From assembly GCA_016432325.1 (NCBI GenBank), contig CP066684.1:704001-768000 (forward strand): a stretch of DNA of 64,000 nucleotides, read 5' to 3'. Source of the stretch: Candidatus Aenigmatarchaeota archaeon. Its GTDB lineage: Archaea > Aenigmatarchaeota > Aenigmatarchaeia > PWEA01 > JACQIF01. Below, piece after piece: positions 39,370 to 48,424 of this stretch. Both the position numbers and the translations under genes were made by a program. The notes under the pieces were generated by a model that saw only the letters and a program-made list of their open reading frames with translations, had not been told where the DNA came from and did not search any database. The first letter of the stretch is position 1, and every line of letters starts with the position of its first letter.

Positions 39370-39633
39370 TGGCGGGCCCGGAGGGACGTTCATGAAACGC
39401 CCGGCGTTTCTAACTTTCAGCTCCTTCGGAGCCAAAAGCTTTCGAACCCTCGACATCTTGGTGTCTTTTGCCGAGCGTAGGCATTCGAAGCCAAGCGCTC
39501 TATTTACCCCGCCTTGCGGGAGCGGATTTCATTCGGGAGTGCTCTCCCAATGTGCCGGAACTTTGTTCCGTGCATTCCCGCGGGTTTTTGCACGGACGTG
39601 TGCAAAAAGGCGCCCAAGCTGAGCCACGGACCC
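39370..39633 (-). tRNA. tRNA-Arg(TCG) with three introns (about 39504-39613 D-loop, 39463-39484 at 37/38, 39387-39440 at 59/60)
   Basis: Splicing gives a 78-nt cloverleaf GGGTCCG...CGGGCCC-G-CCA with anticodon arm CTTGG-CTTCGAA-CCAAG. Confidence 0.85.
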
Positions 39634-39686
39634 TTGCGATAGAGGCGTGAGAACAAGGACTTAAAGGTTGTCTGTCAACTGCACTC

Positions 39687-40295
39687 ATGGAAGAACGGGT
39701 TAAGCGGGCTAATCTGGACGTTCCTTTCGTGAAGCAGAGCCGGGATGCCACGTGCGTCTATGCGTCAACGGCGATGGTCCTGCAGTACTATGGCCTCGAT
39801 GTCAGCGAGGCGGCGTTGCTGGACATAGCGCCTGTGGATTTCGATAGAGGCGGAATGACCACGGGAGATTTTCTAAGAATGTTCAACAGGTTCGAGGGCA
39901 AAGAGAAGGCAGGACTGCGGGCCACAGTCTATTCGCGAATGACGCCGGCGGACGCCAAGAGAATGCAGGGCGATTTTCACACCGCGGTCCCAATGCTCCC
40001 AAACGTGATGGAAACCAACGGCCGCGTGGGCCTGTCGCTTGAACGGTTCATAGACTCCGGCATTCCGCCTCTCGTCACAGTCGAGAACCCCGAGTACAGG
40101 GGGAGGCACACGGCCGTGCTGACAGGATATCTGAGGCACGAGTCGGCATTCGTGCCTGTGGTCAATGACCCCGGAAAACGCAGACCGCACATGGCAGATT
40201 CCACGCTTCTTCACAACCTCGGCTGGCAGAACATGAAACGCGTCATCGTCATAGAGAAAACCAAAAGCAATATAAGAGGGCGCGGAACGCAATAG
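39687..40295 (+). CDS. C39-like cysteine peptidase
   Basis: VPFVKQ....C..AS.AMVL.YYG, H..VLTGY, NDP. Confidence 0.75.
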   Translation: MEERVKRANLDVPFVKQSRDATCVYASTAMVLQYYGLDVSEAALLDIAPVDFDRGGMTTGDFLRMFNRFEGKEKAGLRATVYSRMTPADAKRMQGDFHTAVPMLPNVMETNGRVGLSLERFIDSGIPPLVTVENPEYRGRHTAVLTGYLRHESAFVPVVNDPGKRRPHMADSTLLHNLGWQNMKRVIVIEKTKSNIRGRGTQ

Positions 40296-40299
40296 CGGC

Positions 40300-40791
40300 A
40301 TGCGCGCATACAAAGGCCCTCCTTCGCGTCTTGAGCATCTTGTGGACAAAACGATTCCTTTTGCATTGGTTATCCTTCTCGTCCTTCTCGTTTTCGAATT
40401 CTTCTTCGTGGAAGAAGCGCACGCGTACGAGGCTTGGGTGAACGTCGTGGACCTTGGTGTCATCGCGATATTCGCAACAGACCTGTGGTTCAAGTACAAG
40501 CGCCTGCCCGACGGCCGCGCGTTCGTGCGCACGTATTGGCTCGAAATAGTGGCGACCATACCGTTCTTCCTTGCATTCAGGCTGTTCGAGCTTTTGACGG
40601 TCTCGCGTGCTGTCGAAACCGGACAGGAAGCCGTGCACGCCGCCGTGGCGGCGGAAGAGGAAGCCGCGTCTATCCTGCGAACGTCTCGTACGAGCCGCTA
40701 TGCGCGGTTCACGAAGTTCCTGCGAGTCGCGCTGCGCGCTCCGAGGTTCGCCAAGGCGGCCGCCTACTTCAAGGCTCCGCACGAGAAATAA
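40300..40791 (+). CDS. voltage-sensor-like (ion transporter S1-S4) membrane protein
   Basis: D..V..IF..DL, F...W.EI.A.IP, Arg-rich S4-like helix. Confidence 0.65.
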   Translation: MRAYKGPPSRLEHLVDKTIPFALVILLVLLVFEFFFVEEAHAYEAWVNVVDLGVIAIFATDLWFKYKRLPDGRAFVRTYWLEIVATIPFFLAFRLFELLTVSRAVETGQEAVHAAVAAEEEAASILRTSRTSRYARFTKFLRVALRAPRFAKAAAYFKAPHEK

Positions 40792-40822
40792 GGTTTATAT
40801 ATCGGCCCTCCAAAGCACGGTT

Positions 40823-40996
40823 ATGGGACAGGACAACAAAGGAATTATCTCATACTTGTGGCTCGAGATGAAAGGAGCCATAGCCGGCGCCATTCTCGGC
40901 GTCGTCGTGATGCTGATACTGTACTATCTGTCGTCGACGGGCACGCTGCCGTTCACGATGCCGTTCGGAGCGGCTCCTGCGCCTGCGGGACGCTGA
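40823..40996 (+). CDS. small single-TM protein
   Basis: MGQDNKGIISYLW..., one hydrophobic helix. Confidence 0.55.
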   Translation: MGQDNKGIISYLWLEMKGAIAGAILGVVVMLILYYLSSTGTLPFTMPFGAAPAPAGR

Positions 40997-41033
40997 AGGA
41001 ACGGTTTAAATAGATTGGATTTCTAAACGGTTT

Positions 41034-41816
41034 ATGGGACTCAATCCGTTCACCCCCAGCGCCGAAGACCAAGAGGCGACGCTTCTCTACATTCTGGACC
41101 AAGCCATACAGACCACGGCAAAGACGAAGATGGACACGGCGACCAAACAGAAGATTAACTCTTATTTCATTGCAACAAAGAAACTCTCTCGCGACATCGC
41201 GCGCCTGAAGATACCGAAGGGCGAAGGCACAGAAGGCCTTGTCCTGATGGCGCCCCAGTTCGAGCAGATAATAACGGCCTTCGACGCGATTCCGGGCAGG
41301 AACGAACTCGGCGAGTTGAAGACGTACATCGACAACTTCCTCCTCTCCATCAACGCGCTGGGCAAGTATGGAAAGGACGTGCCGCCTTCTGCCGTCGCCA
41401 GAGTCAAGGAGACGTACGTGGACTTCCTGGAGGCCGTGGGCGTCTCCGTCGTTGGCGGTCAGGGAGTCGATATGGACGCGATTCTTCCGAATATCAAGCC
41501 CGCGGAGAGGAAGGCTCTTGAGCGTGCCCTCACCGAGCTGAAGAAGGCTGTGGACGATTCGGTAGCGGCCGCGAAGAAGATGGGGATGCCGACCGCAAGA
41601 GCCGCACATTTGATGATTCTCACCGTGGTGGTGCTGGCTCCCCTAATAGTTTTGTTCTGGGCCGATCTGAAGGTAATCGGAGGAGAGGGCACCACAATGG
41701 AAAAAACGATCGCGGGCTCTATATTGATGCTCGGGTTTATCGCTTCAAGCGTTGCGGCTGCAGACACACTTTGGGAACTACAAATTCAACAGAATAGGCG
41801 ACCGTATCAAAAATAA
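41034..41816 (+). CDS. hypothetical protein with two C-terminal TM helices
   Basis: 260 aa ORF. Confidence 0.65.
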   Translation: MGLNPFTPSAEDQEATLLYILDQAIQTTAKTKMDTATKQKINSYFIATKKLSRDIARLKIPKGEGTEGLVLMAPQFEQIITAFDAIPGRNELGELKTYIDNFLLSINALGKYGKDVPPSAVARVKETYVDFLEAVGVSVVGGQGVDMDAILPNIKPAERKALERALTELKKAVDDSVAAAKKMGMPTARAAHLMILTVVVLAPLIVLFWADLKVIGGEGTTMEKTIAGSILMLGFIASSVAAADTLWELQIQQNRRPYQK

Positions 41817-41878
41817 TTCTTGACGGTAATCTTTGATTCCCCGTCATCTTTATACGCCGCCTTCTGCGAGAATGAAAC

Positions 41879-43579
41879 ATGCATCGCACAGACGTCCTCG
41901 TCATCGGTTCTGGCGCCGCAGGACTCCGCACGGCCATAGAGCTCAACGAACGCGGCGTTGACGTTCTCGTTCTGGGGAAATGCAAAAGGGGCGACGCGCA
42001 CACTGTTATGGCTACTGGCGGGATAAATGCCGCCCTCGCAACGATGGATACCAAGGATTCGTGGCTCGTGCACGTGGCCGACACTTTGAAAGAGGGTCGC
42101 TTCATCGCAGACGCGCGGGAGGTTGAGCTGCTGTGCAGGAACGCTCCGCGCGCGATAAAAGAACTGGCCGATTGGGGCGTCAAATTTCACCGTGAAGCGG
42201 ACGGCCGCCTGACGCAACGCTTCTTCGGAGCGCACACTTACAGACGAACGTGCTTTGTCGGAGATGAGACAGGGAAAGATATAGAGCGCGCACTTGTTAA
42301 AGAGGCCGAGAGAAGGAAGATTCAGATTCTTGGCGAGATGTACATAACAAAACTTCTCAAAAGCGGAGGAACGGTTAACGGCGCGGCCGGCTTTGACATG
42401 CGTACGAACGAGCAGTTCGTCTGCGCGGCGAAGGCAGTGGTGCTCGCCACGGGCGGCCACTCGCGCCTGTATCGCCGCTCCTCATCGCGCATCATGGAGA
42501 ACACGGGCGACGGCGTCACGTTAGCGTACGAAGCAGGCGCGCTTCTCGAAGACATGGAGATGGTCCAGTTCCATCCCACAGGAATGGTCTGGCCGCCTGT
42601 GATGGAAGGGACGCTCGTCACCGAGGCGGTTAGGGGCGAAGGCGGAGTGCTGACGAATGCGAAAGGACAACACTTCATGACAAAGTATGACAGACGCGGA
42701 GAGCTGGGTCCGCGTGACGTCGTGGCGCGCGCGATTTATAACGAGATTATTTCTGGACGCGCGACAAAGCATCATGGAGTATGGCTCGACGTTACGAAGC
42801 TCCCGAAGGAAAAGATTCTTGAGAGGATTCCGAAGGTCTATCGCCAGTTCGCGGAGGCCGGCGTGGACGTCACGCGTGAGCGCATGGAGGTCGCGCCAAC
42901 GGCGCATTATTCGATGGGTGGCGTTCACGTAAAGAACGGTGCGACGCGCGTTCGCGGTCTCTACGCGGTCGGCGAAGTCACGAGCGGCGTCCACGGCGCG
43001 AACCGTCTCGGAGGCAATTCGCTCGCAGAGACCGTTGTTTTCGGAAGGCTTGTCGGCGAAGCCGTGGCGAAGTTCTGCAAGAGAACGAAACGAACAGAAG
43101 CGGATGCGCGGGCCGTTGAGAGGGCGCAGATTGAACTCGAGGATTTGAGGAAACAGAAAGGGAAATACGCTCCGCGGGATTTGCGCGCAGAACTTCAAAA
43201 CGTTATGTGGGACAATGCAGGAATAGTGAGGAACGCGCGCGACCTGAAAGAAGGGATGGAGAGGCTGGGCGAACTGAGAAAGAAGATGGACGAAATGGAC
43301 ATATCGGGGACGGCCGAGCGCCTGGTGACGGCCCTCGACTTGAAGAATCTCCTCGTGCCTGCGGAAGCCGTTCTCAGAAGCGCGCTTGTCCGTTGCGAGA
43401 GCAGGGGCGCGCACTACCGTTCGGACTATCCGGAAGAGAGCAGGCGATGGACCGCGAATATAGGATGTTCAAAAGGCAGCGGCGGAATGACCGTTTCGAA
43501 GAGACCCGTTCCGAAACCTTCTGAAGCGATCCTGAAGGCCGTCAAAAGTGTAGGAGCCGCGCACAAGCTCCTTGAGTAG
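41879..43579 (+). CDS. succinate dehydrogenase/fumarate reductase flavoprotein family (SdhA/FrdA/NadB-like)
   Basis: GSGAAG, AHTVMATGG, QFHPTG, EAVRGEG, HYSMGG, HGANRLGGNSL, ESRGAHYR. Confidence 0.9.
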   Translation: MHRTDVLVIGSGAAGLRTAIELNERGVDVLVLGKCKRGDAHTVMATGGINAALATMDTKDSWLVHVADTLKEGRFIADAREVELLCRNAPRAIKELADWGVKFHREADGRLTQRFFGAHTYRRTCFVGDETGKDIERALVKEAERRKIQILGEMYITKLLKSGGTVNGAAGFDMRTNEQFVCAAKAVVLATGGHSRLYRRSSSRIMENTGDGVTLAYEAGALLEDMEMVQFHPTGMVWPPVMEGTLVTEAVRGEGGVLTNAKGQHFMTKYDRRGELGPRDVVARAIYNEIISGRATKHHGVWLDVTKLPKEKILERIPKVYRQFAEAGVDVTRERMEVAPTAHYSMGGVHVKNGATRVRGLYAVGEVTSGVHGANRLGGNSLAETVVFGRLVGEAVAKFCKRTKRTEADARAVERAQIELEDLRKQKGKYAPRDLRAELQNVMWDNAGIVRNARDLKEGMERLGELRKKMDEMDISGTAERLVTALDLKNLLVPAEAVLRSALVRCESRGAHYRSDYPEESRRWTANIGCSKGSGGMTVSKRPVPKPSEAILKAVKSVGAAHKLLE

Positions 43580-43634
43580 TTAAACGCGCGTTCACCGGAG
43601 CCATTTATATTGCCCCGCGCCGACCGCCTCTTCT

Positions 43635-44876
43635 ATGCCAACCAAGGACACCAACGGCGACCTGAAGAAGGCGGCCTTGAAATACCATGCGGACGCGCCG
43701 GCAGGAAAGATAGGAATCGTTCCCACAAAACATCTGAGGGGCAAGAAGGACCTTGCTCTGGCGTACACGCCTGGCGTGGTTTACCCGTGCCTCGAAATCA
43801 AGGAGAACGTTGAACGCGCCTATGACTACACATCCAAAGGAAACACTATCGCAATTCTTACAGACGGCTCGCGCATTCTTGGCTTGGGCAACATCGGGCC
43901 TGAAGCCGGACTGCCGGTGATGGAAGGAAAGTCATTGCTGTTCAAGATGCTCGGAGACGTGGACGCCATACCGATATGCGTGCGTTCGCAGGACACGCAA
44001 CGGATCGTGGATACGATGGTCGATATATCTCCGGGGTTCGGAGGCGTCAACGTGGAAGACATCAAGCATCCGAGATGCTTCGAGGTGGAGGAAACGCTCG
44101 AAAGAAGACTGGACATTCCCATATTCCACGACGATCAACACGGAACGGCCGTTGTCACGCTCGCCGGTCTGATGAATGCGTTTAAAGTAACCGGCAGGAA
44201 GCTTCGCGATGCGCGCATTGTGGTCAACGGCGCAGGCGCCGCCGGCCGCGGCATAACGAAATTGCTTTTGCACGCAGGAGCTCGGGACGTCATAGTTATC
44301 GACACCAAGGGACCCCTATACGAAGGGCGCGCGGGGATGGACCGGTTCAAGGCAGAGCTCGCGATGCATACGAACCCCGACAGAAGAAATGGAGGTCTTG
44401 AGAACGTGATGATTGACGCGGACGTGTTTATCGGAGCGTCTTCCGCCGGACTCCTGGACCCGAAGCTTGTGCGCGTGATGAACGACAAACCGATAGTCTT
44501 CGCGCTTGCGAACCCGGTTCCTGAAATAGACCCGCTCGAAGCCAAGAGAGCGGGCGCGGCCGTTGTCGGAACTGGCTCTTCCCGCTACGCTAACCAGATT
44601 AACAACGTGCTCGCTTTCCCCGGGATGATGCGCGGCATGCTCGACGTGCGCGCGAAACGAATAAACGACGAGATGAAACTCGCGGCCGCGCAAGCCATCG
44701 CAGACAGCGTCAAGCCAACAGCCGAGCGCGTCGTGCCTGACGCACGCACGGTCGTGGCGCACAAGGTAGCCGCTGCGGTCGCCAAGGCCGCAGAGAGCAC
44801 CGGCGCCGCAAGGAAAGGAATAGGAGGCCTGAAGAAGTACGAGAAAAGCGTCTACGACAGGATAGCGGCGCGCTAA
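43635..44876 (+). CDS. NAD(P)-dependent malic enzyme
   Basis: YTPGV, GLPVMEGK, EDI, HDDQHGT, GAGAAG, ALANPVPEI, NQINN. Confidence 0.95.
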   Translation: MPTKDTNGDLKKAALKYHADAPAGKIGIVPTKHLRGKKDLALAYTPGVVYPCLEIKENVERAYDYTSKGNTIAILTDGSRILGLGNIGPEAGLPVMEGKSLLFKMLGDVDAIPICVRSQDTQRIVDTMVDISPGFGGVNVEDIKHPRCFEVEETLERRLDIPIFHDDQHGTAVVTLAGLMNAFKVTGRKLRDARIVVNGAGAAGRGITKLLLHAGARDVIVIDTKGPLYEGRAGMDRFKAELAMHTNPDRRNGGLENVMIDADVFIGASSAGLLDPKLVRVMNDKPIVFALANPVPEIDPLEAKRAGAAVVGTGSSRYANQINNVLAFPGMMRGMLDVRAKRINDEMKLAAAQAIADSVKPTAERVVPDARTVVAHKVAAAVAKAAESTGAARKGIGGLKKYEKSVYDRIAAR

Positions 44877-44910
44877 TCAAAGTTATAAACCCACAATATA
44901 AATTCGCTCC

Positions 44911-45606
44911 ATGGTCAATGAAGGCGGTCTGCTCAACGGACTAATGCTCGTTGCGGCATCTTTCATCTTCTTGTTGAGCGTCTATCTGGAACACCGCCGG
45001 TGGAAAGATCTCCTATCCTCGAGCGCGATGGGCATCTCTACGGTCTTCTGGACGCTGGCCGGAGCGCTCACGTTCTTCATGGGCGCGAGACAGATAGCCG
45101 CATATTTCGGGGCTTATGGAATCGACAAGACGTTTTTCCTGGCGGCAGGGATACCCGGCTCTATAATCGCCGCGCCTGTGATAGGACTATTGGTCTTTAC
45201 GCTCACTGGAGACAGAAAGAGGACCCTGCTTGCCGAGCTGGCAGTGGCCCTTCTGGCGCTCTGGAGCGTGATACTCGCGGCTCAGGAAGGTTTCGTCGGA
45301 CCGCACGTCACCTACTGGGGAACTCAATATGACCTTGTGAGCGGTCTCGCCAAGATTGTGATAATGGCCGGACTGCTCCTTCCCGGAGTCATAGGCTCCG
45401 CGGCCCTTCTGTGGATGTCCAGATATTCGCAGTCTCCCAGAATCGGGCGCTCCCTGTTCCTGTCGTCGCTCTCGATGCTCGTGTTCATGGCTTCGGTTTC
45501 GCTGGATACTATTATCGGAGGCAGCAGCGGAGAGTTAATATTGCTGTTCAGGTTGCTGGTCGTGGCGAGCGCGGTTCTTGCGTTCAGGGCGTACGCCGTC
45601 GAATAG
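44911..45606 (+). CDS. multi-pass membrane protein
   Basis: About seven hydrophobic helices. Confidence 0.7.
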   Translation: MVNEGGLLNGLMLVAASFIFLLSVYLEHRRWKDLLSSSAMGISTVFWTLAGALTFFMGARQIAAYFGAYGIDKTFFLAAGIPGSIIAAPVIGLLVFTLTGDRKRTLLAELAVALLALWSVILAAQEGFVGPHVTYWGTQYDLVSGLAKIVIMAGLLLPGVIGSAALLWMSRYSQSPRIGRSLFLSSLSMLVFMASVSLDTIIGGSSGELILLFRLLVVASAVLAFRAYAVE

Positions 45607-45903
45607 CTAGCCTTCGAGTATTTCTCCGAAGCACCTGCGGAAGTAGTCCCTGGCGTATCGCATGGTCTTCGTTCCTTCCGGCGTCAGCGCGTAGACGATG
45701 GTCTTGCCGCGCTTCTCCCCCTTTATCAGTTTCTTCGTCGTGAGGTCCTTGAGCGCCGGGTATATCGTGCCGGCCTTGGGCTTGCCGCCGCGGCGCTTGC
45801 CTATCTCCTGCGCGAGCTCCTCCCCGTGCATCGGCTTCTTCGCGAGCAGGTAGAGTATCTGGAAGGAAAGCATCCCCCGCATGTCGCAGCCTATTTTTTT
45901 CAT
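45607..45903 (-). CDS. PadR family transcriptional regulator
   Basis: IL.LL...PMHG, GTIYPAL, Y.LT..G. Confidence 0.9.
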   Translation of the reverse strand: MKKIGCDMRGMLSFQILYLLAKKPMHGEELAQEIGKRRGGKPKAGTIYPALKDLTTKKLIKGEKRGKTIVYALTPEGTKTMRYARDYFRRCFGEILEG

Positions 45904-45979
45904 ATCACCACGCCAAGTATAGGGCATCCTATGTATTTATATAGTAATCGTGTCCAATATAGGACATCCGATACGACGT

Positions 45980-46087
45980 TACGGAGGTGTATGAAAGGGA
46001 GCGCCTTTCAAACCTGCACGGGAACGGCGGTTCCCGGCATGCCGGCGGCGAGGCTGCCGTGCATCCTCGCAAGCGCATACGGAGGTG
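45980..46087 (+). repeat. nested twin-hairpin inserts duplicating an SD site
   Basis: tacggaggtg at 45980 and 46078; inner TGCA-bounded unit 46015-46063. Confidence 0.75.
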
Positions 46088-46094
46088 AGTTCAA

Positions 46095-46343
46095 ATGATG
46101 TGCAACATTTCGGCATGCGATGAGAGCGAATACGACTACCTCGAATCGAGGCTGACAGCATTCGCCGAGGCCGCGCACAAGCAGCTGCTTTTCGAGAAGA
46201 TAAAGCAGAAGATAGAGGAGAAGGAAGGCGCGAAACTCGACAAGATAGCCGACCTGCTCGTGGACGCGTTTTCGAGCGAGCAGAACGCGGAGAGAAGCCG
46301 CGAAGAGTTCAGGGACAAGCTGAGAGAAACGTTTGAGGAGTAG
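46095..46343 (+). CDS. small helical hypothetical protein
   Basis: 82 aa, GGAGGTGA SD. Confidence 0.7.
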   Translation: MMCNISACDESEYDYLESRLTAFAEAAHKQLLFEKIKQKIEEKEGAKLDKIADLLVDAFSSEQNAERSREEFRDKLRETFEE

Positions 46344-46345
46344 AA

Positions 46346-46912
46346 ATGAACGTAGAATACGGAAGCGAAGAGGCGCACAAGTTCGTTACGAACGTGGGAC
46401 TGGTCACCAGCGACGGGCCGCACGGGCCGAACGTGATGGCCTGCGAGTGGACGCACCACGTCTCGTACGAACCCGGTCTTATTGTTATAAACGTGGACGC
46501 CGCGGATGCGACGGCCGACAACATCCGCGCGACCGGCGAGTTCGGCGTCTCTCTCGCCGCCGAAGACCAGAGTGTCGTTTCGAGCGTCGCAGGCGGCTCC
46601 CACGGCCAGAGCGTCGACAAGATTGCTGTTCTGAAAGAAATGGGCGTCGAGTTCTACGCGGGAAAGAAAATAAAGGCGCCGATGATAAAAGGAGTCGCTC
46701 TGAGCGTGGAGTGCCGCGTCGTCGAAACGCGCGAACTGGGAGACCATGTGATGTTCGTGGGCGAAGCCGTTGACGTGCGGATGTCCGACAAACCGCCTCT
46801 CGTGTATCACGGCGGCAAGTACTGGAAGGTAGGGGAGCGCGTAGAGAAGCCGTCGCAGGACGTTCTGGAGAGCATAAAGAGGCTCGTTGAGAAGCACAGG
46901 AAAGGCGCGTAG
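46346..46912 (+). CDS. flavin reductase-like FMN-binding protein
   Basis: NVMA..W, T..NI..TGEF.VS, ECRV, GDH.MFVGE, PLVYH.G.Y. Confidence 0.9.
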   Translation: MNVEYGSEEAHKFVTNVGLVTSDGPHGPNVMACEWTHHVSYEPGLIVINVDAADATADNIRATGEFGVSLAAEDQSVVSSVAGGSHGQSVDKIAVLKEMGVEFYAGKKIKAPMIKGVALSVECRVVETRELGDHVMFVGEAVDVRMSDKPPLVYHGGKYWKVGERVEKPSQDVLESIKRLVEKHRKGA

Positions 46913-46942
46913 GTTAATATTATAAGCAATCAAATCCTGTGC

Positions 46943-48394
46943 ATGCACTATCGCACCGAGCGCGACGTACTGGGCGAGAAACGCGTTCCGGCGGACGCGT
47001 ACTACGGCATATTCACCGAACGCGCGCTTGAGACGTTTCGCATATCCGGGACGCGGACGCATTCTAAGATGATATGGGCTCTCGGCGTGATAAAGGAGGC
47101 CGCGGCAGAAGCGAATCGCGAGCTGGATATGCTCGACCAGAAGGCTGCGAGCGCCATTGTGAAGGCGTGCAAGGAGGTCCAGAACGGCAAGTTCAACCAT
47201 TTCTTCGTTGTCGACGACTATCAGGCCGGCGCAGGCACTCCGATGAACATGAACGCTAATGAGGTCATCGCGAACCGCGCGACAGAACTGCTGGGCGGCG
47301 CTCTCGGCGAGTACAAGGTCAACCCGCATGACCACGTCAATATGGGCCAATCTTCCAACAATGTGATACCCACAGCGATGCGCATATCCACGTTCTTCAT
47401 GATGAACTCGCTAATAACAGAGCTGCGAATGCTCGAGGCGTCGCTGCGCAAGAAGTCGCAGAAGTTCCGTGACGTAATCAAGGTCGGACGCACGCATCTG
47501 CAGGATGCGGTCCCGCTGCTTCTTGGACAGGAGTTCGAGGCGTACGCCGAGTACGTCAAGCGCGGCTACATGAGACTAAAGAACGCACAGGACGAACTGC
47601 GCGAACTTGGAATAGGAGGCACGGCGATTGGCACGCAGATAACCGCACATCCGAACTTCAGGAAGACCTGCGTGAAACACATCAACAAGATTACAGGCGA
47701 GAGATTCCACCACACAGAGAGCGCCGTATACCTGACACAGAGTGTGGACGTGTTCGTTCACGTTTCGGCGGAACTGCGCGCTCTCGCGACCGATATGCTC
47801 AAGGTGTGCAACGACTTGGTTCTGCTCACTTCAGGACCGAAAGCCGGTTTCCATGAGATTGAACTGCCTCCGGTGGAGCCCGGTTCGTCGTTGATGCCCG
47901 GGAAGGTAAATCCTTCCGTGGTCGAGGCATACAAGATGGTCTGTCTGCAAGTATTGGGCAACGACCACACAATAGAACACGCCTCGCGCGAAGGACAGCT
48001 CGAGCTGAACGCGATGACGCCTGTTATTTCCCACAATCTTTTGCAGAGCATCGATCTGCTTACGAACGGCACGAAGATGTTCAGGGAGAGATGCGTCGAC
48101 GGGATAAAGGCAAACAGAGAAGTCTGCGAGCGCACCTTCACCAACAGCCTTTCTGTTGCAACGGCACTCACGCCTTATCTCGGATACGAGGTGACGGCCC
48201 ATCTGGTTAAAGAATCGCTGAGCAAAGGCGTGACGATAAGAGACGCTGTTCTTGACAGCGCGCTGATGAGCGAGGCAGAGCTGACGCGCGTCCTGAATCC
48301 GCAGAGGCTCACGCGTCCGTCCATAGTGGACCGCGCTTTGAAGGAGAAGATTTTGCGCAGCGATGCGTTCCGCAAGCTGGCGAGGAAGGTTTGA
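46943..48394 (+). CDS. aspartate ammonia-lyase / class II fumarase
   Basis: GAGTPMNMNANE, QSSN, GRTHLQDA, GSSLMPGKVNP. Confidence 0.92.
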   Translation: MHYRTERDVLGEKRVPADAYYGIFTERALETFRISGTRTHSKMIWALGVIKEAAAEANRELDMLDQKAASAIVKACKEVQNGKFNHFFVVDDYQAGAGTPMNMNANEVIANRATELLGGALGEYKVNPHDHVNMGQSSNNVIPTAMRISTFFMMNSLITELRMLEASLRKKSQKFRDVIKVGRTHLQDAVPLLLGQEFEAYAEYVKRGYMRLKNAQDELRELGIGGTAIGTQITAHPNFRKTCVKHINKITGERFHHTESAVYLTQSVDVFVHVSAELRALATDMLKVCNDLVLLTSGPKAGFHEIELPPVEPGSSLMPGKVNPSVVEAYKMVCLQVLGNDHTIEHASREGQLELNAMTPVISHNLLQSIDLLTNGTKMFRERCVDGIKANREVCERTFTNSLSVATALTPYLGYEVTAHLVKESLSKGVTIRDAVLDSALMSEAELTRVLNPQRLTRPSIVDRALKEKILRSDAFRKLARKV

Positions 48395-48424
48395 GTTTAT
48401 ATCCTTTTCCGTCCATCTGAGGCC

